Below, piece by piece: positions 41,401 through 53,700 of a stretch of DNA of 64,000 nt (positions are counted from its first letter, which is position 1; each line of letters opens with the position of its first letter). Position numbers and translations under genes: made by a program. This DNA is from Tubiluchus corallicola. Its lineage: Eukaryota; Animalia; Priapulida. The notes below the pieces were generated by a model. It had not been told where the DNA came from and made no database searches. It was given only the letters and a program-made list of their open reading frames with translations. The DNA is taken from the NCBI GenBank assembly GCA_030141605.1, contig JAQGDQ010000024.1:434001-498000 (forward strand), in the 5' to 3' direction.

Positions 41401-44400
41401 AAGGACTACCTTTCCCCCAAATTAGTCTGTTATAACGAGGGTTTACTATAATTATGTGACACATGCCCTATACATTCTAAAATAAAACTGCTGCACAAAC
41501 TTTCAACTATTATAAATCCCTTCAAAAAAGTTTTCATATTCCAATTCAAGTTGCAAACTTCTTTTCCGTAATTAAAAATGTGTGTTAAATTAATGACCGT
41601 TTAATGTGGCTTACCGATATAGCTAAGATTGGGATTCTGTGATTTAACAAAGAATCCCACAAATTTAGTAGCAATCGAAATTAACTCGTCACTAGGATGT
41701 ATGTTGGTAATTGTCTGAATGGCTTCATATAGCACAGCTGAAGAAAAAAAATTATTCAAAGCCACTTTCCTGTACTGAATAGCAAAGCTCAACTCGTATA
41801 TAACATTGTGCACAGGCAAATAAAATAACTATGACGATGACTATAAAACAAGTAGTAAAAGCTCAAGCTAGGCCATTATTCATTCAGCTGAACATAATAC
41901 GTAACATAATTCTTTGCCTAAAAAGGGGTCAAAATTTTTTGATCACTTTTAATTTTGAGAATTGTCTAATTAGCTGTTTACAATATTTGTGACATACAAA
42001 ATTATATAGACCCAAAACTTAAATAACAAACTCATGACTATCGAAATATTATTCGATTGTTTCAGCACAAAGCAATAAAACAAGCAAAGACTTTGGTCTG
42101 GAGATACTTCTGGGCTGTTAATATTCTGGAATAACAGCATGCTAAATGTTACAGTACTCAGTATAAACAATACTTCAGTTCTCACCATGAGCTATCGTTG
42201 TGTTCAGACTAGCACCTTTAATTGTTTCTTCCAGCACTGAATACATCATTTGACTTGAACTAAAAAGATTCACTGAACATGCATTAAATTCATACATACA
42301 CATTTATTATTTACAGCTAAAAATCTCATTCTCCTGCTAAAACAAAACCATTCTTTCTGGCAACCATGTCAACCAAAACATATTATGATTTCTATGAACA
42401 GTAAGTTTCTTGGACAACAAAATGTCTAGTGGATCCACAGCTGAATAATCCATTAATCATGACTGGCATTTTGTTAATTTTATATATCATTTATCTAAAC
42501 CATTTCTAATAAACAACTTTCTAATATTTGCTGGCTCCTATTTTACCAAAAATTGAATTTGAAAAATTAAAAAAATGCTTAATCACCTTTCATCTCCAGC
42601 TCCCAATTGAGCAAACATTCGTAGCAATCGTAGCTGAATCCATGGAGCTGGCAAGCCGTGATAGTCATATGATACGTGAAATCGACGACGTAAAATCTGT
42701 TGCTGAATGTGAACCAGAACAGGTGCCAAATCAGTGTAGGATTTCGGATTTTCCTAGAAATAGACGAGAGAAACTGCAACACAGATGATCAATTGATGTT
42801 GCTAAAATTTAAATTCTGATAACATAGGTTAATGAGAACTACTTTATAGGCGTTGTTCGTTTTTGTTCAAGCATTATCAACACAGCTGCTTAAAACATTC
42901 ATAAACTCTGTTGTTGCTTCACACATTTCATGTTGAAGTACATTAATTCTTGTGGAAAACAAGGGAGAGGAGGAATTCACGGAAGGAGCGAAAGACGGAA
43001 AAAAGGGAAGGGCAGGGAATGGAAGAAAGCAAAGTCGCACAATACGGCCCAGAGGGCCAAAATCTATTACCTGGTTTACCTGAATTAAGTTTTCGTAAAT
43101 GCTAAGAACAGCCTCCAAAACGCGGGTATCTTTATCACCTAAAGCAGTTCGAAATTTATGTTGAACGTGTGTGTACAAACTTGGATCTTTTCGAGCAAAA
43201 CAACCCAATGCTAACAGCGCTTTTTTCCTTACTATAGCCCTGCAAATAAAAATAATGTTGCAAAACATCAAGTAGAATTATAATTATTAGAAAATCATTT
43301 ATATTTTATAAAACAAAATCATGAAACTTCTCTATAATAACATGAGATTGTTACAAATTAGAAATTCAATTATAGAGCCCTGGCACAACAAAACAAGTTT
43401 TGATTTTGGATTCAAACCGAGCTTTGATTTCATTCGAAGTGATGCAGCCTCGCACATAATCATTGTAGTGATTTTAAGTGAGCAGTGATCAAACAGAGTA
43501 GTGGTCTGATAGTAAGTTCTATATCACAGGTGACATAGTTTTTCAAAAGATAAGGAATCACTCTTATTGTCTTTTAAGCAATAGCACCTGAAAACTTCCT
43601 TAACATCTTTTTCTAATACATTAAAACATTCTCCAAATTTCTCCAAAGCTCCTCTAATACTGACGTGTCTCAAAAGTCGCTATACAATTTGATTTCTAAT
43701 TTGTTCTTTTAATGTTTCCCCTATATAAACAAGCTCTTGCATGAAACAAAAGGGATCTTTAGCAAATTGACTGGAAACTTGTTGCTATGGCAACAACAGT
43801 AATGTTAGAAATGGGGTGCAAAACCTGGCAAGAGGTACTTCTATCACAAAGTGAAGTTCAGCAACATGGTGTAGCCCTTCGTTACTACTTATGAGCTATG
43901 AGAGGCTGTCTCAGTCCAAGATACTCAACCTGCCATTTCATTGGTCCATAATGGCTTTTTGACTGGAAGGTTGCAGATTTACATTCTGCAATTTTTTAAC
44001 AAGGCTATGTCAGGCAAAAATTAATGCAAAAGACTAAAACACCTTTGTGAACAAGAAATAACAATCAGATGTCGTTGTACAAACATTTAATCTAAAAATG
44101 CTGCTGATGTGGAATACGCATATGTTAATATAAGGTAGCAAAAATAGCAAAGCCTACAGGTACAGCAGTTCTCTTCAGATTTTCCTCAAATTCCACTAAA
44201 TGAGTTGCCAAAGGTTTTAGTTCATCTGTACTCATTGTTAACAAACACAGAAAATTTAAAGTGTATAGTGACTTCTGAGACGACACTCTGAGTTTTAATA
44301 AAACCGTTACAAAGTCTATTTCCGGAACCTTTAAAAATTGGTTATAACATTGCAAAAGCTAACATATAAATAAGTCTAGCAAGTTTTTCAAGAAATAATG

Positions 44401-46053
44401 TGCCTGTCAGTTTCAAATTTGTTTCAGAAAAAAATAACTAGCAAGTACTTAGGGTGGCTCAGTTTAGACTCAACCTCGGGTAGTATCAGTGAAGCCATAT
44501 CCGATGATATGAAATGCGTGCAAGCAACCAAAGCCATGCATAGTTCCAACACATTTGTACTAGACAGATCACGTTGTATTGTGTTAACAATAAGTAGAGA
44601 CAACTCATCATTGTCAGTTAAAAACAGGGACGCTGCCAAGTAACCTGCAAAAAGTAAAGAGTATACAGAAGCACTTTAGCACGAATATTAAATAGATTTC
44701 TACAATCAACAAAGTTTCTCATTTTTCGTTGAAAAGATAATCCAGTCCTGGTGACAAGATTGTTTATTGCTAATTTTTGTTCTCTCAATGTTAATTATTT
44801 ATCAGGGAGAATGTACAACTACTTAGTCCACACAGCATACACAGAGTTGTCATTTCAAACATTATTGAAAATAAAAATAATAATATTTTTACCAATTCGT
44901 TTATTAGGAAGGGATGCCTTCTGTGCAAGATTAACTACGTGAATGTAAGCAGCCGGAAGATGATATCCCATCATTTCACAATAGACTAATTTCATCACAT
45001 TTTCTCTAATTTCTGCCTAATAAATTCAAATAAATATCATACAATATGTACTTCACCAAGTAATTTATAAAATGAAATAACATTTCAATGTTATTTCTAT
45101 GCAAAAAGCAAAAAAATGTGACTTATCAAGTTTATTTGTGCTATAATTTGTCATGCTAGTGTCAGCATTTGTAGAATGTAAAGCATTAACAAGTGCATTC
45201 ACAGTAATCCAAAAACTAAAACAACAGAAATAACATGTAGGAACTGGATAGTTATTCACCTCTGGCAGATTTTGCTGTGAGAACTGTTGTTTCAATGTTG
45301 ACAATACATTCTTCATTAGAAGTTCTTCTTCCTAAGCACATAAAATTCGGTAAAAGCAATTGCTCAGAGTTATATTATTGCAAAAACGGGAAACAAGGTT
45401 TTTTACCTACAATGAGAACAATACTTACATTACGAAACTATATGATGGCCCGTGTATTAAACTGTTTAATTACAACCATTTTCAAGTTTCAATTCCAGTT
45501 TTACAGCACATATAAAGATAACTTAAAGAATTACAATTTTAAAGAGAGGAGTGGAAAAAGATCTTAGATCATTGAACACGCCCACCAATATCTGATTATG
45601 CAGTAACAAAATAGAGACACTAAGGCTTACAAAATGGACCAGTATTAATTTGCATAAGAAAATTCTGTAGGTATTCTGTATTTAAAAGCACAAGGTTCCA
45701 ATACTAATAACAACAGTATCAAAAACTCATAGACAATTTCAAATGAATGCCTCTGAAAGCTTATATAGAAGAGTTAATAACATTTTACATTTGTATCATA
45801 AATGTCTTAATATTACATCAACTTCATGAGAAAATACTGCAAAAGCACTACAATTCAATAATTATAACAAAAATTAATAAAAAAGCCCAAGCCCACATAC
45901 GTATTTCATTTTACTCGTCTTAAATGCTTGAATGAATGCGTTGAATCCAGTTCCAGCATTTTTGGAAGACTTGCTCGACAAGTTACCACCAGTTACAGCT
46001 TGCTGAAGAAATCCCGGTAGCGACAACAGTGTTTTTTCAATGATGTCAGACAT
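35090..46053 (-). CDS. AP4E1: AP-4 complex subunit epsilon, about 834 aa (adaptin N-terminal trunk plus hinge; no ear domain found)
   Basis: complement join(45901-46053,45260-45331,44893-45016,44449-44644,43080-43239,42587-42753,42186-42259,41615-41737,40563-40675,39554-39901,38664-38870,37880-37960,37144-37391,35882-35996,35090-35413); 2505 nt, all phases consistent. Start MSDIIEKTLLSLPG matches the recalled AP4E1 N-terminus; also YCEMMGY, KRIGYLAASLFL, YHGLPAPWIQ, DCLDHPDETIKR, DFTLSFLD..EPYKP, KKVWSRDG, LASSLFAGL. Confidence 0.93.
35882..35996 (-). CDS. AP4E1: AP4E1 exon 14
   Basis: GLGGTRVKKVWSRDGIVSSKASSSRLKHSKLSNQKKAN|gtgagt. Confidence 0.85.
37144..37391 (-). CDS. AP4E1: AP4E1 exon 13
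   Basis: MDFTLSFLDQYVAESLTSGSEPYKP...SEMPACT. Confidence 0.88.
37466..37505. repeat. short degenerate (CCCTAA)n telomere-like tract
   Basis: ccctaaccctaaccctgtccctaacccaaactctaacccc. Confidence 0.7.
37619..37920. repeat. inverted duplication, arm A (3' half of AP4E1 exon 12, its donor site and part of intron 12)
   Basis: reverse complement matches 39184-39496 with 12 substitutions, one 12-nt indel and one 1-nt indel (manual alignment). Confidence 0.95.
37880..37960 (-). CDS. AP4E1: AP4E1 exon 12 (81 nt, phase 0-0)
   Basis: ctttag|GTAGAT...AAGGAG|gtaagt; VDELQSFLSHITDENCQNLLLRPEIKE. Confidence 0.75.
38664..38870 (-). CDS. AP4E1: AP4E1 exon 11 (207 nt, phase 0-0)
   Basis: VMGECADW...VKSSLHE|gtaagt; completes a WVxGE adaptin motif. 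Confidence 0.88.
39184..39496. repeat. inverted duplication, arm B (in AP4E1 intron 10)
   Basis: inverted copy of 37619-37920. Confidence 0.95.
39554..39901 (-). CDS. AP4E1: AP4E1 exon 10
   Basis: TVELLSRIVNSTNINAVCNKI...HAPSKQWHL...LLQFSAW. Confidence 0.92.
40563..40675 (-). CDS. AP4E1: AP4E1 exon 9
   Basis: IKSLSYIVQHVQPSYALEYQNVILDCLDHPDETIKRM. Confidence 0.92.
41615..41737 (-). CDS. AP4E1: AP4E1 exon 8
   Basis: VLYEAIQTITNIHPSDELISIATKFVGFFVKSQNPNLSYI. Confidence 0.92.
42186..42259 (-). CDS. AP4E1: AP4E1 exon 7
   Basis: SSQMMYSVLEETIKGASLNTTIAH. Confidence 0.88.
42587..42753 (-). CDS. AP4E1: AP4E1 exon 6
   Basis: ENPKSYTDLAPVLVHIQQQILRRRFHVSYDYHGLPAPWIQLRLLRMFAQLGAGDE. Confidence 0.92.
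43080..43239 (-). CDS. AP4E1: AP4E1 exon 5
   Basis: AIVRKKALLALGCFARKDP...FRTALGDKDTRVLEAVLSIYENLIQ. Confidence 0.92.
44449..44644 (-). CDS. AP4E1: AP4E1 exon 4
   Basis: YLAASLFLTDNDELSLLIVNTIQRDLSSTNVLELCMAL...SKLSHP. Confidence 0.93.
44893..45016 (-). CDS. AP4E1: AP4E1 exon 3
   Basis: AEIRENVMKLVYCEMMGYHLPAAYIHVVNLAQKASLPNKRI. Confidence 0.92.
45260..45331 (-). CDS. AP4E1: AP4E1 exon 2
   Basis: EEELLMKNVLSTLKQQFSQQNLPE. Confidence 0.88.
45901..46053 (-). CDS. AP4E1: AP4E1 coding exon 1
   Basis: MSDIIEKTLLSLPGFLQQ...FKTSKMKY|gtatgt. Confidence 0.9.
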
Positions 46054-46599
46054 AGATTGTCAATATGAGAACTACAAAAAAATGTTTGAAAAAATCGTAG
46101 ACAAGAAAAAATTTTAAAGTTAAAATGAAACAACATAAACATGCTCTTTGGCATATACAATTAAGTTTTACAGCTGCATGATAACTAGAAGAAAGAAATG
46201 TGAGCTTTGATTTTAGCCTAATCAAAATAAAGGACAGGCACAAATGTACTCAAGATATCATTTTTGGTGAAAACAAGGGCAATTGGAAAAAATGGAAATT
46301 GGTAAATTTCGGAAATATTCGGTAGAAAAAATTTGAGAAATTTGGCTTAATTCGGTTTCGGCAAAATAAAACTGTAGAAATTCGGTTCAGTGAAAAAAGG
46401 GTTTGAAAAAATGTACGAATGGCTATAAACCATATAAGTTAATTTATACTACTGCTGTACAGAAACATTCAGGTGCTGTGTTTGACGACATTCACTTGAA
46501 GATTATGATGTAATTGTTGAAATTTGTACCTTTTTGCAAGCGTACCGTGGCTTTCTGTAAGCAAGCGCTGCTTAAACTAATTCAAACTTCTGCAACTTA

Positions 46600-47560
46600 C
46601 CTAACATTCAAGCATAAATATCACGAAAGAGTCTAAACAAACAATAAAGAGAGCAATAGAAAATTTTAAAGTATTGGATAACAACAAGAAGTTAACATTC
46701 AGTCTGAAGAAAACTAAATGTATGAAAATGAAATTTACTAAGAAAAAGGATAATGCAGAAATAGAAGACAAATTAATAAATGGAATAATCCAGAGGACAG
46801 ACCAGTATAAATGTTTAGGTGACTGGTTAAATGCAAAATGCAACCATGAATTATTACTTGAAAAAAGAATGGAGAAGTACATGAGGAGTACATGATAAGA
46901 GAAAGACTGAGAATCGGAAATGAGCAAAATGTAGGTAAAAAAGCAACGGACGTAGGATTACTTATGTGTGAAACTATGATAATCTCGTTAGTATTGAACA
47001 ATTGTGAAACATGGATGAATATAAAAAAAAGATGAACGGGAGAATTTGGGAAAAATACAAAAGGAGATGCCAAGAAGAACTCTCAGTCAACAAACTAGCA
47101 CTCCGTGCTGCGGTATGTTAACAGAAACAGGTACGTGGCCTGTGCAAAAACGGGTTGAATATAAAAAGGCTATGTTTTATTATTCGTTGATGAACTCAAA
47201 TGTAAGCAGATTAGCAAAACAAGTAGTACTTGAGCAAGAAAAAAGGGCATATAAAGATTGTTGGTATTCAGAAATATGTGAAATCATAGATAAATATGGA
47301 AAGAAGGACAAGATCAAGCAAATAAAAAATGGAGAAATTAAAAAATCAACATGGAGAAAAGAAATAAAAAAGCTATAAATCTAAAAATATTACAGGAACA
47401 TAAAGATAAAGTACAGAGAGTGACAAAATTAAGACTTCTTGATGGTGAGAAATATGAGAAAAAACGATATATCAGTGAGCGTGGTCTTGCAGATATAGTA
47501 AATGTAATGGAAATTAAATTGAAGAACCAGGACCATATAATGACATCAGAAGAAAATAAT
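46600..47560 (+). mobile_element. degenerate non-LTR retrotransposon (LINE) ORF2 3' fragment
   Basis: frameshifted translation FSLKKTKCM...DQYKCLGDWL...NNCETW...KIQKEMPRRTL..STP...ETGTWP, typical of the post-RT region of L2/CR1/RTEX-group elements. Confidence 0.75.
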
Positions 47561-47939
47561 CTGCTCTTGCACACTTAATAGGTTGTGTTCATCTAGGAAA
47601 AGTTGTTCTGCTGAATCGCTGAACAAAATCAGTCATCTAATTTTTTTGTAAAAACTCACTATATTTTGTTCAGAAATTGACAGCGAGGTGCTTTTGTTCA
47701 ACAAATGAATGACATCTTACTTTGCTTGTCTAGGGTGTGCAACCAACTTTTGTAAGCATATAGTACGTCTAAAAAATTTAGGTCAATCCAACAAAATAAA
47801 TCCATAATCCAGAGATGGGGATTTTAGCAATGTGCCATTTGCCCCACCACTATACTAAACTTGCCGTAATTGAGATATTAAATTAAACATATAATTACTG
47901 TGCAAATTTAGTCAAACACTAACCACATGCCCAACTTAC

Positions 47940-48010
47940 GTAAAAGTCACTATGTTATATCACGAAACACATTAGCGAATGTGGGAATCGCCATGTTTTC
48001 GACGTAGTTT
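47940..48010 (-). promoter_or_regulatory. candidate AP4E1 5' non-coding first exon / TSS region
   Basis: AAAACATGGCG (YY1-like motif) upstream of a gtaagt donor at 47939; strong acceptor tttttttgtag at 46072, 18 nt before the AP4E1 ATG. Confidence 0.45.
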
Positions 48011-48429
48011 AGGATAGGTACACAGTCTCTCATTCAGATCACTTTTAATAAGTAATAAAATTTCTCTCTGCTAAGATTAATACTTTGCTAGGCAGTTGTA
48101 TCTCGGCGGTAACATGTGGGATATGGATAAACATTGCGTGATTATTATTTATTATTATTGATATTGTATTGCGGCATGGTATTGGAGGAGTGGTGAGCTG
48201 TGGATGGTGTGTTGTGAGTGGAGTGGTGGGTGGTTGTGTGGTGGGTGTGGGTGGTGTGGTGTAAGTTGTTGTTGTGGGTTTATGTGCAAAATTCTTTGCA
48301 GGGATTCGCTAGTTATTTATTATTATTATTATTATATAATTTAATCTTATTTGCGATTATTTTTAATTATTTAAATTATGTCTTTTAATCAGTTCTTTGT
48401 AGCATGCACATAATTTCTTACTAGATTTA

Positions 48430-49480
48430 AAGTAGCTAGCTTAGATAAACCTCAATAAGATCTTTATGATGTTTTCTTAAATGAAGCACGATAGAACTGC
48501 AATATTTCAATTTTTCAGATTTTTACTACCGAATATTATTCTTGTAGCACGCATTTGTGCACCTTCCATAAGCAATATATGTTTCTGATAATGAGGATTC
48601 CAAACCTGCACACAGTATTCTAGATGCAGGGTGCTGGAGCAAATTACAGGGGTGGGGGTGGTATTTACTAAAAGGGCACATTTTGTTTACCTATATTTTT
48701 GTGGCCACGCTAATGACGATATGACTTATATATAAGGGTATATCTAAGGCACCCCAAATGCTTTCTGCCTCCCACACATTCTTTTTAAAATGAATAAAAA
48801 ATGATTAATAGATCTACGAATAATAGAACCACATATTTTTCCACCAAACATGCAAAGTTCTGTCCCCGCACTGCCCCCTTGGAAAGGGAAACATAGGCCA
48901 CTGCCCCATGGCTCGGGCACCCCTGTTTAGATGATCCAGTCTAAACATTTTTTTAAATCCACTCATTCTGCAACGCAATTTCAGGTTATCGTAAACCAAT
49001 ACATTTGACCCATTCGTCACAACTGCCCCGAGGCCGCACTTCCACTTAAGAGACAACTTTAGAGAGTGAGCATAAATGTAAAACACGAGAGGGAAAACAT
49101 GTGATAAAACAATTAACAAAGGTTTAACAAGAGAGAAAACTACTGGGCAAAAAGCCTACTTATAGGTTTTGCCTTGTTAATCTACAGTAATCTATGGTAA
49201 TTTACTATTTTGTACTTTAAAGAGTTGCTTCATTCATAACATATGTAATCACTTTTAAGATTCCTAAAACCTCAATTGCATTACCTCACGTTTATTAACA
49301 TTAAAAATTTGTCAATCAATACTCCGCTTACATAGTTTGTTCAATATCTTGCTGTGAAACTAATCAATCTGCCACACAGTGAATTAGATAAATAAATTTT
49401 GTACCATCTGCAAATTTTAAAATAAGTGGAAATATCATTATCTATATCGTTAATGAAAATAGTGAACAACGCGAGTCCGA
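48430..49480 (-). mobile_element. CR1-type LINE remnant interrupted by a MITE
   Basis: minus-strand translation LFTIFINDIDND...KFADGTK (degenerate FADDTK, with frameshift) and HLEYCVQVWNPHYQKHILLMEGAQMRATRII. Confidence 0.8.
48627..48925. mobile_element. hAT-like MITE nested in the CR1 remnant
   Basis: TIRs CAGGGTGCTGGAGC / GCTCGGGCACCCCTG; 8-bp TSD tctagatg / tttagatg. Confidence 0.7.
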
Positions 49481-50169
49481 GTTACGCTAATAGAATGATT
49501 ATAGTAGCATCGTTTGCTATCTTATAGTTTAATTATACTTATATCTTATAGTACAATGTGTACATTTCACTTGTTGTGGTATGGAGTGTGGTTGTGGTTT
49601 GCTTAATTAGCTGTGTAGCCCGTTTGTTTCTCGAATGCTAGGCTGCTTTTAATCGATTTTTACTGTTAGTCTGGTGCATGACCTTTTTCAGTGTTATTGC
49701 TAGCACAAAACCGCATACTCGAACACATCTTAGAAAATCCAATCGATGTGGTGAAAAACAGTTTAGAAGCAAACTGGTATCGTAATATATGGAGTTCTCT
49801 TAAAAATATGGTTAGACTAATTCTGAGTCATAACGTGCGGCGGAAATAACCATGTAGAAATAATGTAAAGGATGGAAGCCGACAACATAATATAGGTAAA
49901 TTTACTTTTGTCTTTTGTACACACTGGCCGAGGAACGACTATAGAGAACTATAGTATTAAGTATCACTGTATTATTTTATGGTATTACTAGACCTATGAA
50001 AAATTTCGATATCACTATTAATATATTTTGACTCGAAGGTAAAATTTTCTAACAATAAATAGGTCAAGGAGTTTCTGTTAATGCAGAATGTGATCTAACG
50101 CTGTTCAAATAGATTTCCATGTGTGTCTTAACAATATTTTTAAAGTGTATTTATAAGGCTGCTCTGGCT

Positions 50170-50790
50170 CACCTGGCGTAACTGAGATGAATTTCTAGGA
50201 GTTATTTTACATAAAAACTTAAATTGGAAATCTCATATTAACCTGATAAGTATGAAAATTGCAAAAAATGTTGGAATTATCAGTCACATTAGTCGCAGTC
50301 TATCCCCTCAGCTCCTAATCACACTATATAACTCATTAATTTTGCCATATTTAACTTATGCCAACATCTATGGGGCTCAACTTATCCATCTAATTTGTTA
50401 AAACTTCAAAGGCTACAAAGAAAAATTCTTTGCATTGTTCATAAATTACCTAAACGTATGACAGTCATTAAAGCTCATTACCTTGATAGTAAAATTTTTA
50501 GGTTAGAAGATCTGTTGTATTACTGTATCTCTATATATATATATATATATGTGTATAAGACTCATTTCAAGTTATTTCCAAACTTTTTCAATAATTCGAC
50601 TAAACTTAATATAAAACGGTATGACACTAGGTACAACGAATACACTATTAAATTTTCAAGAACAATGTTGGTAAACACTTTATTCCCACTTATGGCCCTA
50701 TAACAAGAAATAAATTACCTGAATCCATTAAAATCTCTGTGTCAATTCAAAAACTAAAGAAAAACACAGATATTTGCCACATATTCCAAA
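50170..50790 (+). mobile_element. degenerate LINE (L2/CR1 group) ORF2 3' fragment
   Basis: KIAKNVGIISHI...LLITLYNSLILPYLTYANI-WGSTYPSNLLKLQRLQRKILCIV with frameshifts. Confidence 0.75.
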
Positions 50791-53700
50791 TGATCACTTT
50801 GAATGTGTTGATATATAATGTATATAGCTATGTTACTTCACAGCATGTACAATTTATTCTCACAACTGTCAATTCATCCCTATAAAATATACATCCCTAC
50901 ATCACTATATAATATAATTGGCAATCAGTTTGGCCTCTTTCTATTTTATTCTTATTTTGGCTATATTTATGCTTTGGAAGTATTATCATGACTTAATCGT
51001 TGTCATAACATCATTGTACTAACATGTGTCATTCATGTATTCTCATCAGTGTGCTGAATTTCTATCTTCTGCACTTTGTCCTCATTCTAGAAAGAAAGTG
51101 TGTGCGTGCGTGCGTGCATGTGAGCGAGCGTGTGTGCGAGAGTGGGTGTGTGTGTGAGAGAGATCATTTAATGCACTTCTGTTTTTGTTTCTCAAATTTA
51201 CCATTAATCCAGGCAGCACCAACGCAAGATTTTCTACTTGGCATTGTCCAGAGGCATACCAGTAGTCTCAATAAAAATTATATAGTAGTGTTTTTTCTGT
51301 GTAAAGTTTGTGTTAATTTAATGCTTTCTGTGTAAATTATCATTGTATGCTCATTGTAAAACTAGCAATAAATTCTAAAAATTCACCTTCACTTACTGTG
51401 ACTCAGCCTTGCAATACATAGTCAGGACCTACACAGATCTGAGAATCACCTGATTAAAACCACTACCCAATAAATGCTTTAGCACAGGTACTCTATTTAC
51501 TCTACTTAGACACTATTGCCTGTCACAAGAACACTCCTTAGCAATACTTGAGCAGTATTGTTAATAATAGTGATAACTATAAATTACTATTTAGCAGCAG
51601 TTTCTGTAAAAAAAACTAAGCACCTCTTTGTGCAGCCAGTATCTTAAAAGAGCAGTATTTAACTTTAGTTTAATAAAATATTCTAAATTATAAACAGCAG
51701 AATTTTATTGTGCACTAGCACAGCTATTTTGGGTAAATCTGGACTATTGGCATATTACTTGTCTATCAGTACCATTGCAAAGTTTTTAGTAGGCATGATG
51801 ATATTCTAGTAGATCAAGGAGTGAATTACTTCAACAAATCTGGACTACTAAAATAGACAGGCTATAATGCGTAATAGTAGTAGGTTTACAGCTCATTATA
51901 TTATTATTTCTATCACACTGTGGTGAAACCTACAGACAGTGAGTTAAATGCTGTAGTTAGTCATGTGAAAAGAAGTTCAGTTTTGTTAATTCGTAAATGA
52001 AATTTTCTTTGATGATGATTCAATCCTAGTAGATGATGAGAAGATTATGAAGTATGCATAAAATATTTGTAATTAATCTAACAGTATGTCACATAATGTC
52101 CGGTGTAAATAACAGGGCAAATAGAATCATTTGTAAACTTGATAAACTACAGTTTAAGTCTCTGTATGAGCAAGGTAAGACCGACAATCCGACGTGAAGG
52201 TGTGTTTGGCAATGAGTGGAAATTACTGGCATACATTTAAATTGTAAGATGTATTGCAACTGTATCCTGCGCAGAGGCAGCTGAATGTGAGACAGAACGA
52301 CAATCACTAAGAGAAATATGCCTTAGTGTGTGCTGCAGATTGTGGTGTGATCAGAGAATATAGTATCCACTAAGCGAAGCCACTGGCCGACATTATATTC
52401 TCAGTCAGTGTGATGTAGTCAGCTGTGTACTGTTTTAATTGCAAGTGGTTTCATTTTGGTAGACATATTTCAGGACAACTAATGTTTTCTGTAGACTTTG
52501 CTGGAGATTTTGGTAATTTAAATTTAGTGGCTTAACAACAGACTGGCATAGTCAAAATGAGCCAACAAGAAATCTATAATGAGAAAAGGCTAGAATTTAT
52601 CTTCTTGATATAATTTTTCATACCCGGAGTTAAGCAAATACTTAACTGTCGTAAATGGTAAGTCATTTAAGGGAAAAGTTTGTCCGCCTACTTTTCACCT
52701 GGCATGAAAAAGATTCACCATAAACTTTAAGCTCGTTAATGTAAATTTTAAATTCCCAAATAAAATTGATCTATAGTTCTTGTTTGACACCACATAAAAT
52801 TGCCTCAAACTTTATATCAATGTTGATAAAATGTAAATTTTAATATTATAAAAGTGATTAACACATTAATTTATGCATCCTGTGCAGTTCTGTTCTCACA
52901 AACACACCAATTTAATTAACAAATTTTCCTACATAAACTCTGTGATGACAGAGGATAGACTTTACTGTAGCAAGTACTTTTGTTAGAAACGTTACAATAT
53001 CATTTGCAGATTTTTTAGAAGCATACTTCAATTTTTTTACTTTTTTTTCATTTTCATTTAAATGTATTACACAAATCATAATGGCTGGCTAACAGAAGTA
53101 GAGTTGATCAATGCAACATAATATTTAATTTTTTACACATAGTAGTTACTTGGAAGTTATTACAGTTTTCTTCTGACTAAATTCCTAAAGTACTGGAAGT
53201 TATTACTAAATTTGTAATAAATACTATTCAACAGTACCTGCAAGTCTGAGCAACATATTTTAGTTATGTTATAGTTTATACACTTAATTGTTTGGTTTTT
53301 GTAAGTTTGTAAGTACATTTCTATAGTTGTAAGACTACATAATGAAATTTTCATTGTAATTTAGCTTTTAGCTTTTTTCAGTTAATACTTATTGACTATT
53401 TCATAATTTGATGCATTTCATTTATACAGCTTGAAAATAATTAGACCTTTATCTCTTGAACTGTCGGTTAATACTGAAGAATAGTTTGCTTGCCTGGCCA
53501 ATGAAACAAAACAAATTCTTCATAGTGTCATTGCCTCAAACGTTGGCTTTAAGACTTTAGGTTATACTTGATAGGCTTTTTCACGCTGAAGCCATTTTGA
53601 GAACCACACGCTGTGGAGGCATTGACTTATCCATGGATCGATCAATGCAAATAGCATATTATGCTCACACCAGATGTCTGTGTGCGGGTGAGGTCTACTG

